A stretch of DNA of 64,000 nt from an uncultured Acidobacteriota bacterium. GTDB lineage: Bacteria > Acidobacteriota > Thermoanaerobaculia > Multivoradales > UBA5704. Every line of letters starts with the position of its first letter. Position 1 is the first letter of the stretch. The DNA lies in assembly GCA_963700145.1 (NCBI GenBank), contig OY969474.1, positions 5,152,001-5,216,000 of the forward strand. Reading direction: 5' to 3'. Position numbers and translations under genes: made by a program. The notes beneath the pieces are model-generated. The model did not search any database. It saw only the letters and a list, made by a program, of their open reading frames with translations, and was not told where the DNA came from. Below, piece by piece: positions 19,261-28,043 of the stretch.

Positions 19261-19689
19261 CTACTCGCGCCGGATCGCCACCACCTCGACGGAGCCGCCG
19301 CGCGCCAGCGCCGGGCAGCCGCCGGCCACCGCCACGGCCTCCTCCAGGTCGCGCGCGGTGATCAGGAAGTAGCCGCCGGCGGACGGTGCCGCGCCGGTGC
19401 GGCGGCGGGCCGTCCCCGCGCCGGCGGCGGTGAGGACGGTGGCCTCCGGCGCCAGCTCGTCCGCCTCGACGAGGCGCCCTTCCTGGTGCAGGCGGGTCGC
19501 CCAGGCGCGATAGGCGCCGACGACCGCCTCGCGCTCGGCCGCCGGCGCGTCGTCGCCGCGGATGAGCAGCAGGAACCGCGGCGCCTCGGCCGCGGCCGGT
19601 GCGGGGGCGTCCGCCGCCGGGGCGCCAGCGGTGGCAGGGCCCGCCGTCGCGGCGAGCAGGACGAGGACGGGAAGCGACGCTCTGAACAT
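19261..19689 (-). CDS. Exported YCII-related protein
   Basis: Signal peptide; FLLLIRG...GGYFLITARDLEEAVAVAGGCP...SVEV. Confidence 0.8.
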   Translation of the reverse strand: MFRASLPVLVLLAATAGPATAGAPAADAPAPAAAEAPRFLLLIRGDDAPAAEREAVVGAYRAWATRLHQEGRLVEADELAPEATVLTAAGAGTARRRTGAAPSAGGYFLITARDLEEAVAVAGGCPALARGGSVEVVAIRRE

Positions 19690-19867
19690 GCCCGGACCTC
19701 CTCGGCGCCCGCCGTGCGGCCGGGACCATCCCGCCGTCGCGGCGCCGTCACACGGTTGTGAGGCGCACGCCGCGGGCGGAGGGTTGCACGGCGTGCCGCC
19801 GTCCCGCTTCGACCCCGCGTGCTAGCATCCCCGCAGGCAACTTCGAAAGAGAGCCGACAAGGGCCCG

Positions 19868-20923
19868 ATGTTCGAGTCCGTCAAGTCGAAGACCCCCCGC
19901 TTCCGCCCCCAGGTTCCCGGCCTGGGCGGGCTCCGCGGCCGGCTGGGCGGCACGCTCCTCAAGCTGCTGCTGGTGCTGGCGCCGCTCTTCCTCGCCCGCG
20001 CCTGCCTCTTCAGCTATGTCCCCCCCGACGCCATCGGCATCCGGCAGGTCAACTTCGGCCCGGGACGCGGCCTGCACAAGGAGCCAGTCCTCCCCGGCTG
20101 GCGGCGTGAGGTCTCCGGCTACGAGCGCATCCAGACCTTCCCGCGCGACGTGCAGGTCGTCGAGTTCACCAACAGCCAGGGCGAGAAGGGGACGGGCCAC
20201 CGCCAGGTCGGGGCGATCAAGGTGCCGACCGTGGACGGCTACCCGGTGGACGTCGACGTCACCGTCCTCTACTGGATCGCCGAGCCGTACAAGGTGGTCT
20301 CCCGCTTCGGCTTCGGCAACGCCTACGAGGAGGCGGTGGTCATCCGCGTCACCGACCCGCTGGTCAAGGAGCACCTGGGCGGCCTCCTCGCCGAGCAGTT
20401 CTACGGCGCGGCGCGGCTGGAGAAGGTGGCGGCGCTCAAGCAGGACCTCGCCGCGCGCTTCGCCACCAACGGCCTCCAGCTCGCCGACGCGCTGCTCCGC
20501 CAGTACGACTACCCCGAGACCTTTCAGGCGCTGACCGAGCAGAAGAAGATCCAGGACCAGTCGGTGCTCGCCAACCGCGAGTTCGCCAAGCAGGCCGAAG
20601 TGGAGACGCGCCTGAAGCAGGTCAAGGCCGAGGGCGAGAACCTGATCCGGGTCAAGAGCGCGGAGTTCGAGGCGCAGATCACCGAGATCCTGGCGCGCAA
20701 GCGGCTCTATGAGCGACAGCGGCGGGCCGAGGCCGATCTCCTGGTGCGCACCGCCGAGGCCAGCGGCACCGAGGCGATCAACCGCGCCCTCGAAGGGGCG
20801 GGGTCGGCCAAGCTCCTGCGGCTGCGGCGCGGCCTCGCTCTGCTCAACAGCATCAAGGGGCCGATCTACATCAACGAGGACCTCACCGACCTCGGCCGGC
20901 TGGTGGGAAGCGGCAAGGACTGA
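19868..20923 (+). CDS. SPFH/band-7 domain protein
   Basis: N-terminal TM; PTVDGYPVDVDVTVLY; Ala/Glu-rich coiled coil. Confidence 0.85.
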   Translation: MFESVKSKTPRFRPQVPGLGGLRGRLGGTLLKLLLVLAPLFLARACLFSYVPPDAIGIRQVNFGPGRGLHKEPVLPGWRREVSGYERIQTFPRDVQVVEFTNSQGEKGTGHRQVGAIKVPTVDGYPVDVDVTVLYWIAEPYKVVSRFGFGNAYEEAVVIRVTDPLVKEHLGGLLAEQFYGAARLEKVAALKQDLAARFATNGLQLADALLRQYDYPETFQALTEQKKIQDQSVLANREFAKQAEVETRLKQVKAEGENLIRVKSAEFEAQITEILARKRLYERQRRAEADLLVRTAEASGTEAINRALEGAGSAKLLRLRRGLALLNSIKGPIYINEDLTDLGRLVGSGKD

Positions 20924-20925
20924 CC

Positions 20926-21969
20926 GTGCACCGCCTCCCCGTTCCTCCGTCCCTCGGCGCCTGCCTGCTCCTCGCCGCCCTGGCGCTCGCCGGCTGCACC
21001 CCGCACCGCACTGGCGCGACCGAGGTCGGCGTGCGCTTCAACAAGCTCACCAAGTCGATGGCGGAGTACCCGCCGGGCGCCACCTACTTCTTCGTCCCGG
21101 TCCTCAACGACTGGAAGACCTTCGACACCTCGCTGCACAACCTGGTGATGACCCGGGGGTCGTCGTCGGAAGAGAGCGAGAAGGACGACCTCCGCTTCAA
21201 GACCCGTGACGGCAACGACATCGAGACCGACGTCACCGTGCGCTGGCGGATCGACCCGACCAAGGCCTCCTTCCTCTGGAGCCGGGTGGGGGAGAGCAGC
21301 CAGGAGGTCGAGGACCGGATGGTGCGGCCGCAGGCCCGCACGTACGTCCGCGACGTGCTCAACCGCCTCGACTCGGAGGGCTTCTACAACCCTGTCCTCC
21401 GCTTCGCCGCCGCCAACGACGCCGGCCGCGTCCTCGCCGCCCACCTCCGTCCCTACGGCGTCGTCGTCGAGCAGGTGCTGCTCGGCGATTTCTCCTTCAA
21501 GGACGACTACCAGCGGCTGATCAACGCCCGCAAGGAGGCGGAGAAGCAGGCCGAGAAGCTGGAAGCCGAGATCCTCGCCACCAAGGAGGCCAACCAGGCC
21601 AACCTGCAGACCAAGGTCGCCGAGCTGACCGAGAAGCTGACCCGCGCCCAGGGGGACTTCGAGCAGGCCAAGCGCGCCGCCGACGCCTACCTGGTGCAGC
21701 AGCAGCAGACGGCGCAGGCGGTGCTGGCCGAAAAGAACGCGCTGGCCGAGGGGATCCGCAAGGAGCGCGCGGCGCTCAACAGCAGCGCCGGCGACGCCTA
21801 TGTCAACCTGCAGCTCATCGAGGCGCTGCAGAAGAAGGAGATCCGGCAGATGCCGCGGCTGCCGAACGGCCAGGTCATCATCGACGGCAACAAGCTGCTG
21901 CAGCAGCTCGGGATCGTGCGCTACGAGCAGCAGCGGACCGACGACCCGGAAATTCCGCCGCGGCAATGA
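20926..21969 (+). CDS. SPFH/band-7 domain lipoprotein
   Basis: Lipobox LAG-C; FKTRDGNDIETDVTVRWRI; coiled coil. Confidence 0.85.
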   Translation: MHRLPVPPSLGACLLLAALALAGCTPHRTGATEVGVRFNKLTKSMAEYPPGATYFFVPVLNDWKTFDTSLHNLVMTRGSSSEESEKDDLRFKTRDGNDIETDVTVRWRIDPTKASFLWSRVGESSQEVEDRMVRPQARTYVRDVLNRLDSEGFYNPVLRFAAANDAGRVLAAHLRPYGVVVEQVLLGDFSFKDDYQRLINARKEAEKQAEKLEAEILATKEANQANLQTKVAELTEKLTRAQGDFEQAKRAADAYLVQQQQTAQAVLAEKNALAEGIRKERAALNSSAGDAYVNLQLIEALQKKEIRQMPRLPNGQVIIDGNKLLQQLGIVRYEQQRTDDPEIPPRQ

Positions 21970-21976
21970 CGCCCGC

Positions 21977-22651
21977 ATGCTGAACCTCGCCGGCCCCGCC
22001 TACGACTTCGGCAACGTCCTCTACGCCGTGCTCCAGGAGTGCGAGCACAAGCGGCGCGGCCTCCTCCCCGACCGCGCCGAGGAGCGGCTGCTCGAGATCG
22101 CCCGCGAGAAGCTGGCCGAGGTCCGCGAGAGCTACGCCGAGGCCGGCGGCGACCCGGCGTATTGGAAGGACCTCGAGCGCGAGGTGCTGGAGACCGCGAT
22201 GCCGCAATACGCCGCGGCCGCGGCCGACCAGACCCGCCTCGAGAAGTCGAGCTACGGCGTCTGGCGGCAGGGGGACCCTTTGGCCCGCGGGCTGTTCGGC
22301 CTGACCGGGCTGGCGCTCGGCGGCCTGATCATCGCCGCGCCCTTCATCCCGCTCTGGGAGGACGCCTTCGCCTTCGTCCTCGCCGCCGGCGGCTTCCTCT
22401 ACCCCGAGGTGCGGCGCGTCGCCGCCGACTACCGCCACTCCCGGTTCCTCAACCGCCTGATCGTCAACGCCGAGGCCTATCAGAAGGACCAGCGCCTCCA
22501 CTACCTCTCCCACGCCCGCTTCGACGAAGCCCTCCGCTCCCTGGGCGAGCGCGAGACGCGGGTGGAGAAGGAGCTGGGCGAGCTGGGGCGCGGCGCCGAG
22601 ACGACGGCCGCGCCGGAGAAGCACCGAAAGAAACAGAAGACGCCGGCCTAG
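21977..22651 (+). CDS. Hypothetical 2-TM membrane protein
   Basis: ATG 21977 just after the SPFH pair; two hydrophobic segments; host-like codon usage. Confidence 0.75.
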   Translation: MLNLAGPAYDFGNVLYAVLQECEHKRRGLLPDRAEERLLEIAREKLAEVRESYAEAGGDPAYWKDLEREVLETAMPQYAAAAADQTRLEKSSYGVWRQGDPLARGLFGLTGLALGGLIIAAPFIPLWEDAFAFVLAAGGFLYPEVRRVAADYRHSRFLNRLIVNAEAYQKDQRLHYLSHARFDEALRSLGERETRVEKELGELGRGAETTAAPEKHRKKQKTPA

Positions 22652-22726
22652 CCGGCGGGTCACGGCGGCGCCGTTCTCACGGGGTGAGGGGCAGGCCGGG
22701 CCGGAGGGTTGCACGCTGCGGCGAGA

Positions 22727-24322
22727 TCAGCGCGAGGTCACCGCGATTCTAACGTCGTGATTGCTCCAGGCGCGATTGTTGGCCTGGTAGGCGTCCCGGC
22801 GATCGCTCAGGACGAAGGCGAAGAAATAGGTGCCTGCCGGCACGGAGCCCGGGACGGTGATCCTGCCGAGAGCGAGCGTTGCAGCGTCCCCCGGCCGGAG
22901 GGTGCCGCGGAGCCGGACCGTCTTGACCAGGATCGCTCCCTTGAGACTGAAACGCTTCGGCACCAGATGGACCTCGATCAGAGGATTGGCGAGGTCGACA
23001 GTTCCCGCGTTCTCGATCTTGATGGGATTGATCAGGCTGAAACTCGTTCCGGCGCGGACCGAGCCTGTCGGGCCGCGGACCGGCACGTAGAGCGCGGTGA
23101 GAGGGGCGGGGGTGATGCCGTAGGGGCTGACCACTCCGTCACGGATCGGGGAACCCCCATAAGTGGACCGCGCCGCGGCGGCGTCTTCGGCGAAGAGGGT
23201 GGCCAGGTCGTACGGCGGGGCCTTGAGGTTTTTGATCGAATCCCGGGTGACGGGACTCAGGTCGAGGCGTCCGAAGCCGTGGTCGACGAGTCCCCGGTAC
23301 CCCCAAGCCGTCCCGAGGTTGCTCAATAGGGCGTCCTTGAAGGAGAGCGGCCCGCCGGACTGGGTCGACCGCACGTCGTCCACGGTCCACTGGAAGGCGG
23401 GGTTGAACGCGAGATCGGCCTCGACGATGTGACCGTCCACGGTGCGCCACGCCGTGAGGGAGTAGGCGAAGCGGTCCCAAGCCATGTCGAACTGTTGCTG
23501 CATCTGCTCGCTGCTCGGGAAGCCCGCGATGTCGAACACGCCGTTGCCGAAGGCCCAGTGGGGGGACGGGTGCGGAGAAACCCGAAAGAGGTCGCCGGCA
23601 TAGAGATTCCAGTACGCCATCTGCTTCTGGTCCTGCGAGGAGAAGGGGGTACCCGGCAGGAGCGTGTTGAAGACTATCGGGGCGCGGGCGGCATGGCGGA
23701 CGATGAACTTCTCTGCCACGGGCCGCGAGAGGGCGACGGCCGCCGACTCGGGGATCGGCCGGGTGAGCCGGCCATAAGTCTTGGCGGGGAGGCCGGGGTC
23801 CTCGGGCCGGCGCCGGACGGTATCCGCCGGTTCCGGGCGCGCCTCGACCGCCGCGATCACGGCCCGCGCCGAGCGGACGAGCTCGCCGAAACTGCGCTTG
23901 CCCTCGCGGCCGGCGGTCTCTTGGAACCCCCCCTGCCAGCCTCCAGTGACAGGCGTGAAGGTAGGCCGGTCGAGGTCGCCCAGGAAGAGCAGATAGCGGG
24001 CGCCGGCCTCCAGATGCGTCGAGAGCGACGTGTCGTGGGTCTCACGCCCCACCGTGCCGCCGGGAACGGCCAGTGTGACCCGCTCCGGAGCGTCGCCCTG
24101 GAGCCGGTCCTCGATCCGCAGGTCGTACTCCGTGACGATGAGCGTGCGCTCTGGGTTCCACCGGCTCCGGGCGTCCTCTACCACAGCCACGACGACGTGG
24201 GACGAGCCCGCCGCGAGTTGGCGACTGGTGAGCGGCAGCACCTGGGCGCAGAGGGGTTGGAGCCGGAGCGCTCCCAGAGTCACAGTCAACAGCGCGACGG
24301 CGAGGGCCGGTTTGCCGGACAT
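22727..24322 (-). CDS. Secreted matrixin (M10)-like protein lacking the zinc motif, with C-terminal CARDB/Ig-like domain
   Basis: SD AGAGGAG; signal peptide; IVEADLAFNPAFQW; SNLGTAWGY where HExGHxxGL is expected; C-terminal VPAGTYF...NN. Confidence 0.6.
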   Translation of the reverse strand: MSGKPALAVALLTVTLGALRLQPLCAQVLPLTSRQLAAGSSHVVVAVVEDARSRWNPERTLIVTEYDLRIEDRLQGDAPERVTLAVPGGTVGRETHDTSLSTHLEAGARYLLFLGDLDRPTFTPVTGGWQGGFQETAGREGKRSFGELVRSARAVIAAVEARPEPADTVRRRPEDPGLPAKTYGRLTRPIPESAAVALSRPVAEKFIVRHAARAPIVFNTLLPGTPFSSQDQKQMAYWNLYAGDLFRVSPHPSPHWAFGNGVFDIAGFPSSEQMQQQFDMAWDRFAYSLTAWRTVDGHIVEADLAFNPAFQWTVDDVRSTQSGGPLSFKDALLSNLGTAWGYRGLVDHGFGRLDLSPVTRDSIKNLKAPPYDLATLFAEDAAAARSTYGGSPIRDGVVSPYGITPAPLTALYVPVRGPTGSVRAGTSFSLINPIKIENAGTVDLANPLIEVHLVPKRFSLKGAILVKTVRLRGTLRPGDAATLALGRITVPGSVPAGTYFFAFVLSDRRDAYQANNRAWSNHDVRIAVTSR

Positions 24323-24336
24323 CGTGCTCCTCTCTT

Positions 24337-25938
24337 TCAGCTCCCCAACGCCGCCCGCCGCTCCTTGTTGTCGCGGGCGCGGCGCTGGGCGAGGAGCTCG
24401 CCGGCGCGGTCGAAGAGGCCCATGGCGGCGGCGATCTGCTTGTCGCCCTGCACCACCGCGCGGTGGCGGGCCTCCTGGCCGAAGGCGGTGTTGAGCACCT
24501 CGCCGCGGATCTGGAGCACCGAGAAGTCGCCCGAGCCGGGCGCGGCGAAGGCCTCCTCGACCTCCTTGGCGGTCGCCATCTTCTCGCTGATCAGCCAGCG
24601 CTTGAACTCGTCCAGCACCCCCGGCGCCGGCTTCCAGTCGGGCGAGCGCACCTTCTCCCGGCCGTAGTACTCGACCGCGAAGTTGACGTAGGCGTTGCGC
24701 GCCAGGAGGAACTGTTCGAAGGGGGAGAGCTCCTCGGCCTCGACCTCGACGTCCGGCGTGATGCCGCCGCCGCCGTAGACCTTGCGCCCGAGGTCGGTGC
24801 GGAAGACCTCCCCCGCGCGCTGGTCGCCGGGCTTGGGGACGCCCGCGCCGTTGTGCGTGTAGTAGTCGAAGAACGACGTGTAGTCGCGCTGGATGAGCCG
24901 CCCGGACGGCGTGTAGTACTTGGCGGTGGTGAGCGCCAGCCCCGAGCCGTAGGAGAGGCTGAATACGGTCTGCACCAGGCCCTTGCCCCAGCTCGGCTCG
25001 CCGGCGATCAAGCCGACGTCGTGGTCCTGGATGGCGCCGGAGAGGATCTCCGCCGCCGAGGCGGTGCCCTCGTTGACCAGCACCACGACCGGCAGGTTGA
25101 GCTCCGGGTACTTGCCGGTCGCGTGGAAGCTCTGGTGCGACTCGCGGGTACGCCCCTTGGTCTCGACGATCAGGCTCCCCTCCGGCAGGAACTGGTCGGA
25201 GACCTCGATCGCCTGGTCGAGCAGCCCGCCGCCGTTGTTGCGCAGGTCGACGAGCAGCCGCTTCATCCCCTTCTCGCGCAGCGCGCCGATGGCCTGCGCC
25301 ACCTCCCGGCCGGTGCCGCGCGAGAACTCGGTGAGCTGGATGTAGCCGGTCTGCGCGTCGAGCATGTAGGACTGGCGCACCGTGGTCTGCGGGATCTCGG
25401 CGCGGGTGATCGTCATCTCGAGCGGCTCGGCGAGGCCGCGGCGCGCGACGGTGATCGTCACCGACGTCCCCTTCGGCCCCTTGAGCTTCTGCACCGCCTC
25501 GTCGAGCGTCATCGTCTCGGTTGGCTCGCCCTCGATCGTGGCGATCACGTCGCCCGCCTGGATGCCGCGGCGCGAGGCCGGGCTGCCTTCGATCGGCGAG
25601 ATGACGGTGAGCTGGCTGTCGCGGATGCCGACCAGGATGCCGAGGCCGTAGAAGCTGCTCTGCTGCTTCTCGCGCATGCCGGAGTAGGCCTCCGGCGTCA
25701 GGAAGCTGGTGTGCGGGTCGAGAGTGCGGAGCATCCCCTGCACCGAGGCGTAGACCAGGTCGCGGTAGCTGACCTCGGCGCCGTAGCGGTCGTGGGCGGT
25801 GTTGACCAGCTCGGTGTAGAGCCGCAGCGTGTCGCGCGCCTCGTCGGTCAGGGCGAGCAGGCGGTCGCCGAAGAGGCCGCCCAGGAGGAGCGAAAGCGTG
25901 AAGAGGACGATGGCGGCGATCTTCCAGGGGCGCTTCAT
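24337..25938 (-). CDS. ctpA: C-terminal processing protease (S41A) with PDZ domain
   Basis: LDPHT, DLRNNGGG, TASAAEI, GKGLVQ, KYYTPSGRLIQ, GGGITPD; ATG 25938 lies 7 nt after TAAAAT. Confidence 0.93.
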   Translation of the reverse strand: MKRPWKIAAIVLFTLSLLLGGLFGDRLLALTDEARDTLRLYTELVNTAHDRYGAEVSYRDLVYASVQGMLRTLDPHTSFLTPEAYSGMREKQQSSFYGLGILVGIRDSQLTVISPIEGSPASRRGIQAGDVIATIEGEPTETMTLDEAVQKLKGPKGTSVTITVARRGLAEPLEMTITRAEIPQTTVRQSYMLDAQTGYIQLTEFSRGTGREVAQAIGALREKGMKRLLVDLRNNGGGLLDQAIEVSDQFLPEGSLIVETKGRTRESHQSFHATGKYPELNLPVVVLVNEGTASAAEILSGAIQDHDVGLIAGEPSWGKGLVQTVFSLSYGSGLALTTAKYYTPSGRLIQRDYTSFFDYYTHNGAGVPKPGDQRAGEVFRTDLGRKVYGGGGITPDVEVEAEELSPFEQFLLARNAYVNFAVEYYGREKVRSPDWKPAPGVLDEFKRWLISEKMATAKEVEEAFAAPGSGDFSVLQIRGEVLNTAFGQEARHRAVVQGDKQIAAAMGLFDRAGELLAQRRARDNKERRAALGS

Positions 25939-26015
25939 GGGCGGCATTTTAACAGACGCCCGCGCTTGACTTGGGTTGGCCCAGACCCGAAGATGCCGGC
26001 CGGAGGTCTCCCCCG

Positions 26016-26414
26016 ATGGGCCCGCTGGGCGTCCCCGAGATGCTGTTCATCCTGGTGTTGATCCTCCTGATCTTCGGGCCGAAGCGGCTGCCCGAGGTGG
26101 GGCGGATGGTGGGGAAGGGGCTGGGGGAGTTCCGGCGCGCCTCGAACGAGCTCAAGCGCTCGATCCAGACCGAGCTGTCGCTGGAGGAGCTGGAGGAGGG
26201 GCCGGCGCGGGCGCGGCCGCTGGCGGCCGCCGCTGCCCCCGTCGCGAGCGGTGCGGTTCCGGAGCCGAGCGCCCCGGCGGCGACCGTGGCGCAGGAGCCT
26301 GCCTCGTACACAGCCCCGGTGCTCCCGACCGTCGATCCGCTGGAGGGGCCGCCGACGGTCGAGCAGGAGCCGGCCGCCGCGGCGCCTACCGCCTCGCCCA
26401 TCGTCCCCGAGTAG
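26016..26414 (+). CDS. Twin-arginine translocase TatA/TatB subunit
   Basis: SD GGAGG; LILLIFGPKRLPEVGRMVGKGLGEFRR; long Pro/Ala tail as in TatB. Confidence 0.9.
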   Translation: MGPLGVPEMLFILVLILLIFGPKRLPEVGRMVGKGLGEFRRASNELKRSIQTELSLEELEEGPARARPLAAAAAPVASGAVPEPSAPAATVAQEPASYTAPVLPTVDPLEGPPTVEQEPAAAAPTASPIVPE

Positions 26415-26430
26415 CTCCCCGCCTCGCCGC

Positions 26431-27213
26431 ATGCCCGTCGCCCGCCACCCCGCTCCCCGCGAGGAGCTGCCCACGATGGGCCTCCTCCAGCACCTCGAGG
26501 AGCTGCGCAACCGCATCCTCTGGTCGCTCGTCGCGCTGATCGTCGTCTTCCTGCCCTGCTGGTACTTCATCGAGCCGATCTGCGACTTCCTCGAGGCGCC
26601 GATCAAGCCGTTCCTGACCGACGGCCAGGAGCTGGCCGTGACCAGCGTCACCGAGGCGTTCCTGGTCAAGTTCAAGGTGGCGGCCCTGGTGTCGCTCTTC
26701 CTCGCCGCGCCCTGGGTGCTCTACCAGCTCTGGCGCTTCATCGCTCCCGGCCTCTACCGGCGCGAGAAGATGTACGCCATCCCCTTCATCGGCGCCGGCA
26801 CGCTCTTCTTCCTCGCCGGCGGCGCCTTCGCCTACTACGTGGCCTTCCCGATGGCGGTCGAGTTCCTGCTCGGCATGGGGGAGCGCTACATGCTCCTCAT
26901 CACCGCACGCAGCTATCTCGGCTTCCTGATGACGATGATCCTGGGGCTGGGGCTGATGTTCGAGCTGCCGATCTTCATCTTCCTGCTCTGCACGATCGGC
27001 GTCACCACACCGGCCTTCCTGATGCGCCACTTCCGCTGGGCGGTGGTGCTGATCTTCACCGCCGCGGCGATCATCACCCCCACCCCCGACATGCTGAACC
27101 TGATGCTCTTCGCCCTGCCGACGCTCGCCCTCTACCTCCTCGGCGTCGGCGCGGCGGCGCTGTTCCTGAGCCGCCGGCGGGCGCGGGCGGCGGCCGCGGA
27201 GGAGCCGGCGTAG
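26431..27213 (+). CDS. tatC: Twin-arginine translocase TatC
   Basis: HLEELRNRI, YQLWRFIAPGLY, FELP, AAIITPTPD. Confidence 0.95.
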   Translation: MPVARHPAPREELPTMGLLQHLEELRNRILWSLVALIVVFLPCWYFIEPICDFLEAPIKPFLTDGQELAVTSVTEAFLVKFKVAALVSLFLAAPWVLYQLWRFIAPGLYRREKMYAIPFIGAGTLFFLAGGAFAYYVAFPMAVEFLLGMGERYMLLITARSYLGFLMTMILGLGLMFELPIFIFLLCTIGVTTPAFLMRHFRWAVVLIFTAAAIITPTPDMLNLMLFALPTLALYLLGVGAAALFLSRRRARAAAAEEPA

Positions 27214-27221
27214 CAGGCGGC

Positions 27222-28043
27222 TCAGGGAGAGCTAGGCGGGATCGCCAGGCCGGTCTCCCTGACCAGGTCTGCGAAAGCGGCCGGCGGCGTCGCGCGAAGC
27301 CGTTCCATCAAGGAGGTTTCGGCGGTCTCGACCGACGCCAAGAAGTGCGCGAGGTCCTGGTAGGCGAGGCAGCTGGGCTCCCGCACGCAGAGAACGGCCA
27401 AGTGCACGCCGGTCTCCTCGTCAGGGGCCGTCGCGCTGCCGAGGATCAGCGAGGCGGAGACCGCCGAGGAGCCGGGTGCTCCCCACAGGCCGAGGTATCT
27501 CCCGCTGCGGAGAGGGATTCCACGGTCGTTTCTGCCCACCCAGCGCCAGCCGGTGAAGCTGCCGCGGGTCGGGCGAAAACCTAGCCCGAGAGCCACGGTC
27601 AGCCGGAAGCGGAGATGCTCCGCGGAGGGCTGCTCGTGGATCAGCGGGGAGAAGGCTTCGGCGTAGATCAGCGCCCCCGGGCGGGCTCCATCGGGTGAGT
27701 ACGTGACCAGGGTCGCCCCCGCCGCGGCCGACCAGGCCCAGCCCTCCTTGTCTGGGATCTGCGCGATCATCGAGCGGCCGAGTGGGACGTTCTGGGCATC
27801 CGGCTCGGCGGAAGCCGTGCCGCTCGGCATGGCGTTCAGGTCGCGCGCGAACTGCGTCGTGGGCTCTCCGGCGCGCCTCGCGCGCGCGGCGCTCTGGTAC
27901 TCCGGAAAGAGCGGCTCGGCGCGGAACGTCGGGAAGGCGAGCCGGCGCGGCTCGCGAGCGGCCGGCTGGCAGCCGCCGGCCAGCGCGGCCGCGAGGGCCA
28001 GGGCGGCGAGGCGGCGTCGAGCGGAGGCGATCGGACTGTTCAT
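27222..28043 (-). CDS. Hypothetical lipoprotein, last gene of the vWA/tubulin operon
   Basis: ATG overlaps the upstream stop (TGATG); MNSPIASARRRLAALALAAALAGG-C lipobox with a possible RR signal. Confidence 0.7.
   Translation of the reverse strand: MNSPIASARRRLAALALAAALAGGCQPAAREPRRLAFPTFRAEPLFPEYQSAARARRAGEPTTQFARDLNAMPSGTASAEPDAQNVPLGRSMIAQIPDKEGWAWSAAAGATLVTYSPDGARPGALIYAEAFSPLIHEQPSAEHLRFRLTVALGLGFRPTRGSFTGWRWVGRNDRGIPLRSGRYLGLWGAPGSSAVSASLILGSATAPDEETGVHLAVLCVREPSCLAYQDLAHFLASVETAETSLMERLRATPPAAFADLVRETGLAIPPSSP

Noticed and set aside
19868-22651. SPFH pair plus membrane protein as a novel system
   Set aside because: Tandem HflK/HflC-like pairs are common and codon usage is host-like; nothing distinctive is visible.
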